DNA of 55,225 nucleotides, filler included, from Dirinaria sp. TL-2023a (GCA_051941275.1; 5 parts of 5 records of this genome joined end to end with filler, not necessarily neighbours in it); one strand, 5' to 3'. Counted from the first letter of the whole stretch, positions 11,334-24,898 are shown. Numbers and translations are program-made. The notes: a model not told the origin generated them from the sequence alone.

Positions 11334-14300
11334 TAACGATAGCTAGCGAGTGACTTAGTATTAGTCTCGGGAGGGGCGAACGGGTATCTCGACATTTCTT
11401 GCTCGCATCACATAAGCATTTTCGAGCGGGATTGGAAGGATTTTAAGGGCACTGGAGTCTTTGGACTAGTAAAAAAGTACCTAAGGTAGACGATATAGTA
11501 CTTTACGTTAGTTCGCAAGTCAGACTGTCAGTAATAAGGTACTTCAGAGGCTCAGACTTGCCGGTACCTTAATCTACCACTCCGGTACACTACGGTACTA
11601 CTGCCTTTAAGGCACATCGTCCTGCACTAACACCATCGCTAGTAAACTTACTATCTACATTTATTATACCAAATTCCTAGATATCCTTCCTGAAGCCCGT
11701 GTACAGTTTTCAAAAGAGAAAAAGTGAATTTAAAAATAAAAAAAAAAAAAGGGAAATAAAAAATCGAACGAGAACATATCATAGGTACAAAATACTCCAT
11801 CGCCATATACAGAACTGCACGCGACCGACGATCATCAGAGGTACAGGTACGAGTTACCTTACGACTCTTTCCCCCCTAACAATATTAATCCCCCCGAAAA
11901 GGCTCAAACGACCCGCTCCTTCCCCATCCGGGCCACTTTACGCGAGGAAACCAGCTTTTTCTCCGATTCGATTCCCCATTATTGTTGCGACCTTATTATC
12001 TTTCCTCTCCTTCGTGAAAAATTATTATTATTCCTGCAGTCTCGTTGTACCTCGGAAACCGATATGATGGAACGGTTTCATTCGTGGGTAATTTTAGGCT
12101 TGATGGCGGAGTCCGATTTCGATTGACAGCAAGAACCAGCCAAAAAGGGCCAGGGACCGCACACACCCCAACCCCAAACTCCAGGCTTGCTGGCGATCAT
12201 GGCCCGGGGGCGTGGGCTTGTCAAATAACAAACAGCCGTCTTCCTACCCTACGAGCCTACGAGCCTATCTGCTGCCAACTTCCTCGGCTACCTCTGGAAA
12301 CCCCCACGAACCCTGAGCCACTGAAATGCTTGCCGTACCTGGCAGCGTTACATGCGATCCAATACCCTGGCCCTGTTTCCGTCCTTCGAGAGCTCTGTCC
12401 CTCGGCTTCAAAACAAGACCTGAACAGAGTCATGACGATATTCCCTCCGGGGTGCCGGCCGGTACCTTTTTGAGGAAATTGTTGTGGATGCCGTCTCCGA
12501 CATGTTCGTCCGTTTGTCCATGAACCAGATAATAGAAACAGTGATCTATCACGGAAGGAAAGGTCCGAAACAGCTCCCTCAGTCAGCACGGAATCCTCGA
12601 CGGGAGTGCCGTGTCTTGTCAGCACGAGCGGTCACTTCTTGAGCCTTGCGCTAAAGGCTACTTTCAGGGTCTCATCGTTCCTGCCATGTCGAGAGAGGGT
12701 GTTGGTGCTTGCAATACAATTCAATCCAGGGCGCCAACTTCTACCTTATTTAGACCATACATCGTAAGAGCTTGCCAAGCCCAAGGCAGAGTTCCGAGGG
12801 AACATGATGATGGGGCAATGAATGTTCGCCAGTGAAAGCAGGATACAAAATCGACTGTTGGCTTCTTTGATGACGAAATTTTCCAGTCAGTGCTGGCCAG
12901 TGGACCAGTAGTGGTCGAGGCAGTGCAACAGTTGTTCGTTGAACCCTCTTCCACAGCACGAAGGCAGATCAAAGCGCAAGCTTAGACAAGGAATTGGCCA
13001 ACAGACGTTGGCGTCGCTGTGCCTTCGGCCAACTGTACCGTACTTCATGGCGCAGGTAGGATAATCCGGTAAGTTACAACTGTGCAGCTGGCTTGCTACA
13101 TAAATGGCCTTTAAATCAGACGGACTCCTTCAATAATGGTTGCAGTCACCTTTCAAGCAAAACAACTTCGCCCAAATCACGAACGAGGGCATTCAAGGAA
13201 CCTTAATGCAGCAGTGACTCCTCAACCACGCCTTTCTTTTTGGTGTTGCTTTGCAAGAGTGAAGAAGGCTCAGCAATTACGCTCCACGCTCAGGCAACCA
13301 GTTGTAATCCTTGTAGCCTTTTCCAAATTGCCAGTGCGACGGGCTCTTACAAAGGATTGATAGACGGTCGCTTCAGATTGCCTAGAGCGGCGCTCAGTTA
13401 AACTATGGGCCATGGATGTTAGGATGGATACTTCCGAGCGCCGACGGAAGCCTTCAGCCCTGCGAAAAAACAACCTGCAAATTAGTCAGACTCCCTCGTC
13501 GTGATAGCCCAAAAACTAACCTACATTGTATGGTGAAGCGCTGCGTCCAAGCAAAGTCCGGGGCTGCTCATGTGATCTCTGCCCACAGTGCCTGCTGATC
13601 CAAAGAAAATGGTCCCTAGTCGTCCGGAGTACGAATTGCGTCTTGGTGGGTAGGTAAGAGCTTCTCTACAATTATACTTTGGACTCTTCCTCGTATTTGG
13701 TTTCAACTTCTGCGAGTTCGGGGCAATGTCAGATCCGCCAGCTCCTCGAGACAAGGGCTGTTTTATATCTCTCAATTGCGGCAGCTTTCGAAGATGCCGA
13801 CCCTTTCCCCAGGCTGGGTCAGGAACCAGAAATTACAACGATGAGTCACGCACCCACCTCCTCGCTGAGGATTCCTTTGCCGTTTCTGTTGAGTATGGGC
13901 TGAGCTCTTCTAACATCACCTGGCTGAGCGCGGGGAGGAACAGCAAGTCGAAAACGGGTTGTCGCCGAAAGCTATGCCTGATTCGGCCAATGGAAAGGCT
14001 CGATATACTCCCCGCCTGTCACCTTCGTCAATCCTCCGGCTATAGCTTTTCCGAAGCGAGCTGAAGACGTCGTATAGCACGACTGCCGCTGCTTCCGGCT
14101 TCCCGCGGATAATCTCCCGCAATCACAGCGTGTAGCAACCGCTGTTCAAATCAGTCACGAGTGTTCATCACTCTGGTGAAATGGTTCCTGGGTTCGCTGG
14201 ATTCGTTGAGTTGCAGCGTTAGCAGACTAGCTGCAAGGTTTCTACGCACTGCTATTGGGGCAATATGTTTGACTGTGGATAGTGAGGCGTATGAGGGCTG

Positions 14301-16035
14301 AGTCCTATGGATCCGGCCCCGTTCGTCATCCTGGCTTTACGCGGGCTAGAAGCTCCAATGACAGCCGCCTCCCACACGCTGTCAAACGCTACCCGCCTGA
14401 TATTTCGCGGCACAGTAGGACTCTGGTTCGTTCGATTCAACCTCTTGTTATCACCGCACGCACGTTCCTTTTGCTCATGTGCGCAACAAAGTATGGCAGC
14501 CTCACTAGTGCTGGTGGAGGTCCAGTATTGTATGTGGCGACCAGATGAATCCTCTAGACCATGGCATCCTCGATTCCTAATCCAGCCCTAGCTACAGGGC
14601 TTTGAGGGGCAAATTAGTCCAGAGTTTGAGTTGGTGGGCACCATGCTGACAGGATTGGGGTTTTCTTCCTCTGGAGTTGTCTATAAGTTGGCCCGTCGCC
14701 CATCAAGTCTGACAGGTGTTGTCTCCATCGCATTCCTGAATCCCTCTTACTTCACTGCCCTGATTGAACCTAATAAATACGCGAGATACTCGAACCACTC
14801 TTCGTCTCTACAAGAATCCCATCTTGAATCACTTCTCTTTACAACAAGCATTACTTGCCTTCCACCATGTCTTACAATTGCATGTACTTCCAATTACCAG
14901 GTCCACATCACAGGGTGCAAGCTCCAGGTCGAGCGTGCAATCACTGCATTGTGCGTGTCGCCCTTGCTAAAAGTTAAAACGGGGCTACGGAATTCCCAGA
15001 CTGCTGACTACGAGAAGAGTTCAGGCAGGGTGCCTCGTGCAGCTCATCCAGGCGGAGCGTTTGTGAGCCCCATGTCACACCACGGGTCGACAACATACCA
15101 TAACACACGCGGACTCAAAAGTAGCGCCGGGAGATCCATCAACGGTCAAGACGACATTGAGGTGCACACTGTAGCCCTGAACAATAATGGGGCAATTGAC
15201 TTCAGCGGCACGACGCTGTGACGAACACAATGCCACGCGATGCCGAACGCCCGGGAGGTGGATATTTACATAGTAAGGAGGTATCAGAGCAAGCACACAT
15301 TGACGGACCACAGAACGGAAGAAAGGGTGGAATTTTGAGCGTTTACCTCAGCGTAACCTGTGGGGAGGTAATTTGATTCAGGGGGGCTTTTACTTCGGAG
15401 GATTTTGTGTTTTTGCCAGGCTCCTTTCCGGCTTCGTGCCGTTCTCGCAGGTCACCTATGTACACTTGATAGTCGTTCCTTACATCATCAATCAAGCCGG
15501 CAAGTAAACCTTCGAATTGATAAGCCATTTGGCAGCCTTAGGAACTGTAGTGTCTTCTGAACAATGGCGAGGAACGAGGGAAGGAAAAGATGCCTTGCTA
15601 CTATGTATAATAATGGCCACTAACACTACCAGTAGATGTGACGAAGATATGCGGCGAAGACTGGACTATTGGTTTTGAAAATTGCAAGATGTTGCTCACC
15701 ATCAAATCTTCCCTCTCAGGGACTGGTGAAGCAGCCTCAGGGACGATCTGCAGGCGAGCTTCGTTGCAAAACGAATCTTGTTCATCTGCGCGAACCGTAT
15801 ACCTCAGCAACCATGTGTTCCATGCACTGCCTCGTGGGAGAAAGAGCGGGGGAAGGGTTGGCGAGGAGATAAACTCGCACATTCGAAAGACATCACAGAG
15901 TACACACACAGCCATTTTCATTAAAAAAACTTTTTTTTCTTTTTTTTTTTTTCCCTTGGCGCTTGGAGGGCGTCCATGCAATTGGTATCTGATTTCGCCT
16001 GTATGCAAGCTCCAGCGCTGATTCTCCATCCCCGA

Positions 16036-16573
16036 CTACGACTCCTTCCCCCGGTTCTTCTTCTCCTCCCGCCCTCTCGAGATGCGCTCCAACATACTCT
16101 CGCGGTCTTTATCGAGCTTCAGTTTCGTAATCAACACTTTGCTGGGATGGATTCCGATCGGCACGCTTTGCCCGTTCGTCTTCTCGCGGTTCACCCCTTT
16201 GACGTGTATCACGTACTTCAGACGGTAGACGGAGGAGATCTGTCCTTCACGGCCTTTGTGCGAGCCTCGGGTTATGGTCACTTCGTCGTCTTTGCGCACG
16301 GGTAGGGAGCGGACCTGCCGAGCCGAGGTGGGTCAGTTCAGAGCCTCTTAGAGCCAGGGGGGATGGAGGAGTGGTTACGTTGTGCTTTTCTCGCAGTTCT
16401 TTGTTGAGAGGTGCACTCATGATAACTCGGCGAACACTGGAGGGCGCGGTGAAGTGCGCTTTGCGCGACTTGCGCCGCGAGGAGTGGAGGTCTACGTAGC
16501 AAGAGTATTAGCAATTGGTATGAGAGGGTTCGAAGAGGAATTAGAATCACGCACTTGTATTGATTTTCGTCAT
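16036..16573 (-). CDS. RPL26: 60S ribosomal protein L26 (uL24), 3 exons
   Basis: Exons 16573-16555, 16491-16379, 16314-16036 give [68 protein letters not shown]...[17 protein letters not shown]. Confidence 0.97.
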
Positions 16574-17106
16574 CCTGGCTGTGGTGAGGAGATTGTTGCA
16601 GTGGACGTCGAGAAGTGGATCGAAGCAGTCTCGCAGTGTATCAGTAGCGTAACAAAAGTGTGGGAGCGGATAGTGAAGGCTAGGACAAACAAGGTAATAG
16701 AAGCGAATGTGCTAAAATGCAAGAGGATTAGCTTGGCATCGAGCTCATGATGCCGGATGTCGCGCCTCCAACTGAGCTGTCCGTCAGTTACTTGTCAAGC
16801 ACCACGAAATGGTCTTGTCGCGTCAGGAGTCTTTCGTCCACAAGTCGTCGCAGCATCTCCAAGACGATCATTCTTGAAGGAATCAGCATGTCGCGGTCAT
16901 CGTGGGAAGTCTCAGGATCACCTCAAACTCATCCGCTCTCAGTATCTTTATCATATTCACTGAAGTCCTCAGAGCTTCCTCGACCTCGGCATGCTTAGTC
17001 GATTGTCACTGGCGCTCACTGAAACCTTGTCAGCCGTCTGATGCCGACTGCCAATCCAGTTACCTCAACTCTTTGACCGAAACTCGGTTCTCGACATGCG
17101 TTAGTC

Positions 17107-19068
17107 ATGTCTTACGGGTACAATAAGTACTCACCCTACTTCAATCAGCAGCGCGAACAAAATGGCACAAATCAATTTTCATATCAGACTCCCAGCACCG
17201 GTCAAGGTCCGTCCTACACCGCGCCAGCTAGCAATTACAACGGACAGCAACGATCGCCGCCCTCGAACGATCTTTCTCAATACGCGCCACATAGCTCGAG
17301 ATATCCAGGGACCGGGACAGAGGCCTACCATGACGCAAGAAGCAACTCGTACAACGGCATGGCTGAGCATACAACTGGCTTGAACGGTCTGGCATATGCA
17401 TCAAGTCTCAGATCCGATCAGTCAAGTAACGAACAAGAGCGAGCATCACTGCAAAAGATCGCGGATTTCAACCGATCTCAGAGCAGATCATCGCCGAGAT
17501 ATTATGGCCAAAAAACTCATCAGCGATCTGAAAGCAGTATCAGAGAACCTGAAAGTCATAATGCAAAGGTCAATCGTACTGTCAGCCCATATCAACCATA
17601 TGTATCTCAAGCTTCTGTCGCCGATTACAGAACTCATCATGCACCGCAACCAAGCGTCAGCGGAGTTCAACCGACAAGTCAACACGTTCCCCAACCTACA
17701 AGACAGGCAGCATATTATGAATCATCGGCCGTCCATCAAAGTCAGAAGCAAAATACCGCGCAGAATGAACCTCGGCCACCGGAGGTAGATAAGAGAGGAT
17801 CAGTGAGTCAAGCTTTGAATGATCAGCCTGCGCGACCGAAGCTGTCTGCGATGCCGCAGCAAAGCTCATTCAATAGCACTCGAGGCAATGACACTCGAAT
17901 TCATAATCAACACCAACCATCCAACGACAAGCCAGAAGACGAGCGAATGCACCGCCTCAATCCGATCAATAATGCTATCAATGACCATGGTCACGGGCAA
18001 CACTCTCAGTCGACGCCTCCTTCAAATCCAACAACCATAGACCCCAGCAAGGTCTTCAATCTGTATGAATACCAGCGAAGGCAAAATGCGGCCGTGGCAG
18101 AGGCTAAAGTAGTGCGTGAAAAAGCTGCCGCGGAGGCTGAACAGCGCAGGAAATCAGAGCAAATGACGGCCTCAACGAAGTTGGCGCAGGATGAAGGCTT
18201 CAGAAAGGAGCGCATGGAAGTCGAGATGAAACTTATGTTGGAGAAAATGCGCGAGTACAAAAGCAAAGACCCGGCATTGTTCTCACAGATCTGGGAGCAG
18301 GTGAAGAAGGCTCAGCCTCCGACAGCACTTCCAGCAAGTAAAGATGTTGCTGTTGCCTCTCCACGCCCGGCAAGTACTTCGACTGCGCAACAGAGCTCTG
18401 CCGCGTCAATACCGATGAATCCGTCAACTACTCCAGTCCCACAAGCTTCGTCTATTCCAGCTTCATCTATTCCAGTTTCGTCTATTCCAGCTTCGTCTAC
18501 TCCAGCTTTGTCTATTCCAGCTTCCTCTATTCCAGCTTCCTCTGTTCCAGCTTCCTCTGTTCCAGTCGCCCAAGATCGAGGAAAACCTTCCGCTCCACGG
18601 AGAAAGAGAAAACAGGTCAAGTCGTCCACAGAGCCTTCCGTTCGAGGTACTTCAGAACAAAGCTCTGTTCAAGGTCCTCCTGAAGGCTATGTTCGGGCTG
18701 GGGAGGATCAAAATTCTATCTCAAGCCAGCAAACTGAAAAAGCAAGGACATCCGAGAACATGACAGACGCAGGGTCTCGGCGGAATGAGAGCACAGCTTC
18801 ACAGTCAACATCAGCTCCGCCTCGTTCATCTGGTCAAACGCATTGGCCAGAAGAGGACAAATGGGCACTTGCCATTGCAGCGCGAGAGACCTTACTGTCG
18901 CACCCTGCAAACCGGAATAAGCAGATCCGATCGTATGACATCCGATGTCTTCTCGATCAGGGCCCAAGTTATAACGAGCTGTGCTCGATGCTTGAGCAGA
19001 AAGGGTTTGTGGTTGAAAGAACGCCTTTTGCGCAACAGTTGCTCGACTCTGTCCCACGTTTGAAGCAA

Positions 19069-19099
<31 letters not shown>

Positions 19100-21320
19100 A
19101 AGATCCTCCATCAGTACCGACCAATTCTATACCTCAAACAAGCGGGAAGTCGAATTCAACGTCAAGTCGCAAGAAAATCACTCATCCAACGAAATCTATT
19201 CAGAAGCCGAAGGCACCGCAAATCACCGCCACTAATAATACGCTTCCGAATGGGACATCTGCGCCAGCAGCACCAATGTATGGCATGCTGACTCGAAAGC
19301 CGCAACATCAGCAACCACAGCTACAGTTAAGTGCACAGCAGACAAAGCCGAAGTTCGTAGATGCACCTAAGACAAATAAATGGATTGTGCGACTTACGGG
19401 TGACCCATTTCGTAGCCAGACTCAGAAGGATTATCAAACACCTCAGTCGAACACTTCAGAATTCAGTCATGCTCACCCACACATCGATGTCAGCATTCAA
19501 CCAACAAAGCAGCAAATGGCTAAAAAACGTAGCTTTGCAGAGATAGTAGATCTCACACTCGATATGAACTCGGATGAGGAGCGCGAACGCGCACGTGCTA
19601 AGCAACTGTGTCAACATGAGCAATCACGATCAAAGGAGCTCGAGTCACCGCAAGTCAAGACAATCAAGTCTAGAGTATCAACTGCGCAGAGTGATGAGGA
19701 AGACGTTGAAGTGGCGCGCATTAAAAGTCGATTTCGACCTGAACAAGAGCAACTTCGTAAAGCCGATGTTGTGAAGCCGCTGAATCCAGCAGATGCTTTA
19801 CAAAGAACCTCTTACGATCCAAGAACAATCGCTGACGATATTCTTATTGCGGTAGGAAAGCATCCTTATATGAAACCGTTGAACTGGCATCTGATGGGCT
19901 TGCGTACAATCTTTGAGAAAGTAGATAACACATCTGATCTTAGTACACTCGATTGGGAACTGCTAGATCCTGGTGGTCCTCCAATGCCAGAAAGTCCTGA
20001 GATTGTCGACTTGGATAAACCCGAGCAGAAACCACCTGCTCAGATCGAAGATATAGAGCCCGCTGTTATCGTTCCTGGCAGTAACCACAAAAGTGCTGCT
20101 GTGAAGAGTTCAGACAATTCACAGGTCCATCCTAATTCGAGCCCGTCAAATACCCGCCGTTTCACGGGGTTGAGTATCGATGCGTTACCACGGCAACAGC
20201 ATAAATCATCAGATTCAGGTGACCTAAAAGGCGACATTTCTCTGCTTGTAGCTGGGGAAAGCGGTGGTGATAATTCGTCTGAGAGATATCGAACTGATCT
20301 TTCTCTCCCAATTACCCCAAACACTTCTACTAGTCGTCAAGTGTCCAGGGTAAATGGTAGTGCTGAACAAGTGCAGCGTAGAGGAGCAGGAAGACCCCGA
20401 GGATCAAAGAACAAGCAGCCTCGGAAATCGCGAGGCTCGACTTCATCTAATAATTTAACTCCAACTCAGCCATCAACGCCAATGACGTCGAACTCCGCGT
20501 TTCGAAAGCCTTCATCAACACCATTAAGGTCCAGCGGTTTGAAAAATGAGATATCACGGTCGTCAGGCTTCGCTGTCGTGATTCCATCCCCAGAAAAGGA
20601 GAATCGCTCAGGTGAAAGCAAATTTACCCATTCAAAAAGGCGCAAAAATCAAGTCTATAAATGCCGATGGAAAGGTTGCTCGGGCGAACTTCACAACCTC
20701 GATACCCTTCGAAAGCATGTGTACGGTCACATCCACGACTTCGACGAGGAAGAGAATCGTACCTTGTATTGCCTATGGGAGGGATGTGAGACCAGTGATG
20801 GACGATCTCCTTTGCCGTTCAGGAGTGCAACCTCCTGGCATCGACATATGGACGGGCGCCATCTCGACCCTTTTGCCTGGGAACTTGGGGACGGTCCTTC
20901 CCCGCATCCATCAGGTAAATGATAGATAATCTAAATGCCGAGCTTTTACGGGACTGAGATCTGATTCTCATAGATCCCGACTTGGATTTCCTGAGCGATT
21001 CTCAACACCGTCAAGTCACCCCTCAACCAGGTCCACACAGTCGGCGCCCCGATCCGCTTATCGTACCGCCTGCGAAAGCGGCGGACATGGGAGATCGCAG
21101 AACGGCCATCAGGGCTTACCATGCGGCTCACGGTAATGCCAGCGACGAACAGAAAGCGCAGACGATCTTCGACAGTCATCTTGAGAGGAGGCGGGTATTG
21201 GGGGCAGGCGTCACGAAGGGAGGCACGGCTTTCGTCAACGAGGAGAGGCGGGCTCTGCTACAGCATGATCCCTACCATTTACGACTTGTAAGTGATGAAG
21301 CCGAAGACGGTGACGAGTAG
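17107..21320 (+). CDS. Large nuclear protein with an AT-hook and two C2H2-like zinc fingers, 2 exons
   Basis: Exon 17107-20914, intron 20915-20973 (GTAAAT...TCATAG), exon 20974-21320 in frame. AT-hook GRPRGS. Fingers CRWKGC...HVYGHIH and CLWEGC...HMDGRH, followed by WELGDGP...FLSDSQHRQVTP. Confidence 0.85.
18445..18564 (+). repeat. Coding minisatellite, 8 x 15 bp encoding (ASSIP)n
   Basis: Eight consecutive GCTTCNTCTRTTCCA-like units. Confidence 0.93.
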
Positions 21321-21760
21321 CTGGATTCCGAGATGGGAATTCGAGACATTTCTGTCGCTGCGAGAAGATATCATTCTAGTGCAGCCGCTTGCGAGTGTTC
21401 GTAGAGTGACTGGTGGACAGATGAAGAATAAAATTGTACAGCGGCTTCGGTCTTCTTGCCGTGGTAAAAGACCATCTTGAAACCCGTGTAATTGAAGCGC
21501 GAATCACCCAGAGCCTTTTGAAATTCCCTCCCCCATACTGCGCCATCTCCAAAACGCCCCTGTGATGATTTCCCTCTCAATGTCCACGCCCATCTCAACG
21601 AATCCCTCCTCCCTCCCTCCGCACATCGTGTCGTATCGAAGCTCCCTAAAACCCCCCTTCTTCCCTCTCTCTGCCCTTTTCCGCCCCTTCTAGGAAAAAG
21701 AAAAGCCATATCATCCCACCTCTTGAAACCCTTTTCTCCTTCGTACTTTTTTCGTTTTTT

Positions 21761-21952
21761 TCACGCCTTCACTCCTCCCCCAGCTCCTCCCCCTCCGCTT
21801 TTCGCAGCCGGCTGCTTCGATACATCGACCGCTGCGCTGGCGGGGGTTTCGTCCTTGGCATTGACTTCTAGGAAATGGTAGAGCACGATGAGGAGCATGG
21901 CGAGGGAGCCGAGGAAGATTGCGAGCCGGTAGAGGTCGTCGTCGGATATCAT
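21761..21952 (-). CDS. OST4: Oligosaccharyltransferase small subunit Ost4
   Basis: MISDDDLYRLAIFLGSLAMLLIVLYHFLEVN matches the Ost4 signature (MISD..L...LG...M.LIVLYH) with a single TM helix. Confidence 0.93.
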   Translation of the reverse strand: MISDDDLYRLAIFLGSLAMLLIVLYHFLEVNAKDETPASAAVDVSKQPAAKSGGGGAGGGVKA

Positions 21953-22043
21953 TTTTGTGGTTTGGGATTGGGATTAGGGTTGTCGGGAGGGAAGGGGGTG
22001 GTGGGAGATTGGGTGTGTGTGGAGATGAAGAGGTGAGGAGTAT

Positions 22044-22143
22044 NNNNNNNNNNNNNNNNNNNNNNNNNNNNNNNNNNNNNNNNNNNNTTAATTAATTAAN
22101 NNNNNNNNNNNNNNNNNNNNNNNNNNNNNNNNNNNNNNNNNNN
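22044..22143. other. Artificial contig spacer
   Basis: 44N-TTAATTAATTAA-44N. Confidence 0.97.
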
Positions 22144-22842
22144 CCCCGTTCAGCCACTCCCCGCCTTCCAAACCGACCCACACGAGCCTGCACTCGCGCC
22201 ACCGGCCCATCGCCCATCCCAGGACGGCGTCGTGGAAGGCACGCTCGTGCCAGCGGATACCCGGGTTGCGGGCGCGGCTGAGGCGCAGCAGGAAGCTGGA
22301 GAGGCGGAGGTGTTTCTTTTTGAAGAGCGCGAGGAAGCGCGCGAATTCTGGGCCGGATTTGTAGTAGCGGTTTTTGGCGTCTTTTTCTTTCGGAGTAGAG
22401 GATGAGGATGAGGGGGGGGAGCGGGCCGGTGGTGTGAGGGTTTGCTGGTGAGTTGTAGTGGGGGCCTGCCGCTGGGTGGTGGTTGGGATGGTGGAGGAGG
22501 CGGCGGCGGTGGTAGTTGTCGGAAGGATCGAAGTCGTCTGCATGCCGGCGAAAAACGGCGCGTCGTTGCGCATGCGATGTACGGCTTCGTATGAGGGGAC
22601 CAGCCAGCCGTTGTGCATGCGTGGCGCGAACAGCGCGGCTTCGTGCGGGAAGCGGTTCGTGATGATGGTGTTGCAGTGGGTCTTGAGCCAGGCGATGTTG
22701 CTCTCAGCGCGGGCGACATGGACTCGAGGACCGCGATTTCCTCCGGGTGCAGGTAGCTGCAGATTGAGTGTAGGGTCTCAGGAGCCAGGGATGCGAGTGT
22801 TATGCTTGAAGCTTTAAGCGGTGTAGAAGATGGTGGAGCCAT
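22144..22842 (-). pseudogene. F-box-like gene with an apparent frameshift, 3'-truncated by the contig end
   Basis: ATG at 22842 gives the F-box-like LASLAPETLHSICSYLHPEEIAVLESMSPALR. Protein-like sequence then continues in a different frame near 22700 (NIAWLKTHCNTIITNRFPHEAALFAPRMHNGWLVPSYE...SGPEFARFL). There is no room for an intron. Confidence 0.55.
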
Positions 22843-24173
22843 GGATGTGGTTGTGGAAGTCTCTTGAGAGCGATGGGGAGCAAGGAAGGATGAAGATTTC
22901 TGGGGAGGTGTGGGTGGGATGATTGTGTGATTTGCTGTTGCTGTCGATATAAATAAGGACACTTTGTGTTTCGCTAATGCCCAGATGAGGTTGGTGTTCA
23001 TGATTGTGTCGTTCTGCCCACTGTGCTCTTCGGTTCCACTCCGTAGCCGTTTAAGCATTTATGTGAGGCATATCGGTTTGAATCAAAAGCTGATCCTGTG
23101 GATAGGAGCTAAAAGCAAGAGGATAATAAGGTCCCGATGCGCGTGGAAATGGGCAGGGAATAATAGCCACTATATAACGACTCTTGAGCTCTTTGTCCCG
23201 AACAATGCAGCAGTATATTGAAGATGAGGGATTCGATTTGGGCGGAATTCGAAGAAGCCGGATGATATACAGTGAAAGTGCGTGAATAAATCAAAGAGAC
23301 ATTAAAAAGGGGTTCATGTTGAGGAACAATGAAATCGAGTGACAATTTTGCTTAGGGTCTGATGTGAAGGTATAAAGTTAAGATCTACTTGCAGCAATCA
23401 CGATTCAAACAATGCGATTGAAGCTACTTTATAGGAAAAACAAAGACAGATGAGTTTTGATGTTCAGTCGTGTTGACTGTGAGGATGTTGCGTGTTTGAC
23501 TTGATTGGTGTTGCTCCTATCTGAGGGTGCCTACCGTACTTACCTTACTTTAGATGGCAATGGGTCACTCAGGTACGGGTACGGGTAAGGTAAAGAAGCA
23601 GCCAACCACAGAGCCGAGGTGACATCAAGTTTACTGAAAGAGCAAGGATGGAAGCTTACACCAAACCGTCCTCGGTCCGATGGCTGAAGATTGACTGAAT
23701 ATCGCTTTGCTGGGGCCGAAGAATACGCTGCAGTACCAAGGTACGGTAGTGCCAAGGAGAACCAGCAATCTGTCTTCTTGTCAATGTCAGCAACTTTGGG
23801 TGCCAGGCAGTCAACAGCGAAATTGGACGTAAGGAGATGTGGTGCTTCCGGGGAATGTTCTGCGGCTGTTCTCATCGACTTGAACATATCAAGTGTCAGC
23901 TGCTGGCGGTACAAATTGTTTCTCATGGATGATCATCGAGTGGCGGTCGTGAGTTGACGATATTATACGGGGCAGGCATAATCTCTCGATTCATGATCCT
24001 CTTATCAACCCTCGAATCCCAAAAGCCTATTAAAAAAAGTAGTTTAACGCGCGACGTGCGATCGGCACTGTACGAGATTGCTTTGGCAGCTGGTATTAGG
24101 TCCGAAGCTCATCTACATGTGAGACCTCGGATGCAAGAATCGACATAAAACTTCGACGGCGACTTGACCTGCT

Positions 24174-24898
24174 TTAGCACGGGCTGGCCGTGCCTGTCGC
24201 ATTCCTCGACGCTGCAGTCCCGAAGAATGCATCCGCACTACCATTATCCATGCAAAGATCGAAATTGACATTCATTCCTATGACCACAAAATCCATATTA
24301 GCCACTGGGCCGCGTCGGTTAGCTTCAAGGATCAAACTCACCAACAGAATTCGTTCCAGTCAGTCCTTTTTGCGCGCACATCGCTTGATTATCTCTAGCC
24401 GGACAGAGATTGTTGATGATGACTTTGATAGATTTCGTGCCAGGCATGCTTGAGCTCAGTAACCAGCATTTGCCACACCCAGGGCCGGCGCCGTCGCCTG
24501 GGCCAGCCATGAACAGATTCTCAGACGCGGCAGCTGTGTAGCCTCCTGGTAGGGTTCCACAGGCAACGGCGGTATTACTGCATCCTCCATATCTATGAAA
24601 TGTTAGCATCCCCGGGCAAGGAACGATGAAGCAGTGAGTTAACAGAGGGGCATGGCGCATACTGCGTGAATGAAGCGCTGTAAGTTTTCTCAAAAGCTGC
24701 ATACGAGTCTGATGACGACGACGGCGAAGAGCCGGCTGGCGTCGAGGCGGCAGCAATGGGGCTAGTCGAAGATGTTGACAAAGTTGAGCTGCTGGTGGTT
24801 TGACGTTGAGCTGCGCCTTTGTGTAGCACAATCTTTTGACGCTGGCGGCAGGCAGCGCTGGCTACTGCCGCGTACAGGAAAAGCTGGAGGAACAACAT
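24174..24898 (-). CDS. Secreted GH45 subfamily-C-like / double-psi beta-barrel endoglucanase-like protein, 3 exons
   Basis: Exons 24898-24663, 24592-24342, 24277-24174. Signal peptide and Ser/Thr linker, then ASFTQYGGC...ACG...YTAAASENLFMAGPGDGAGPGCGKCWLL...IKVIINNLCP..DNQAMC...NVNFDLCMDNGSADAFFG. Collinear with Phanerochaete PcCel45A as recalled. Confidence 0.85.

Noticed and set aside
11699..15528. Many short ORFs, including 14631-15221 (196 aa) and 15343-15528
   Set aside because: No recognisable motifs, many have non-ATG starts, and no coherent exon chain could be built.
18445..18564. CRISPR-like array (also considered for 43794-43859 and 47774-47814)
   Set aside because: These are contiguous tandem units with no unique spacers, no cas genes, and a eukaryotic context.
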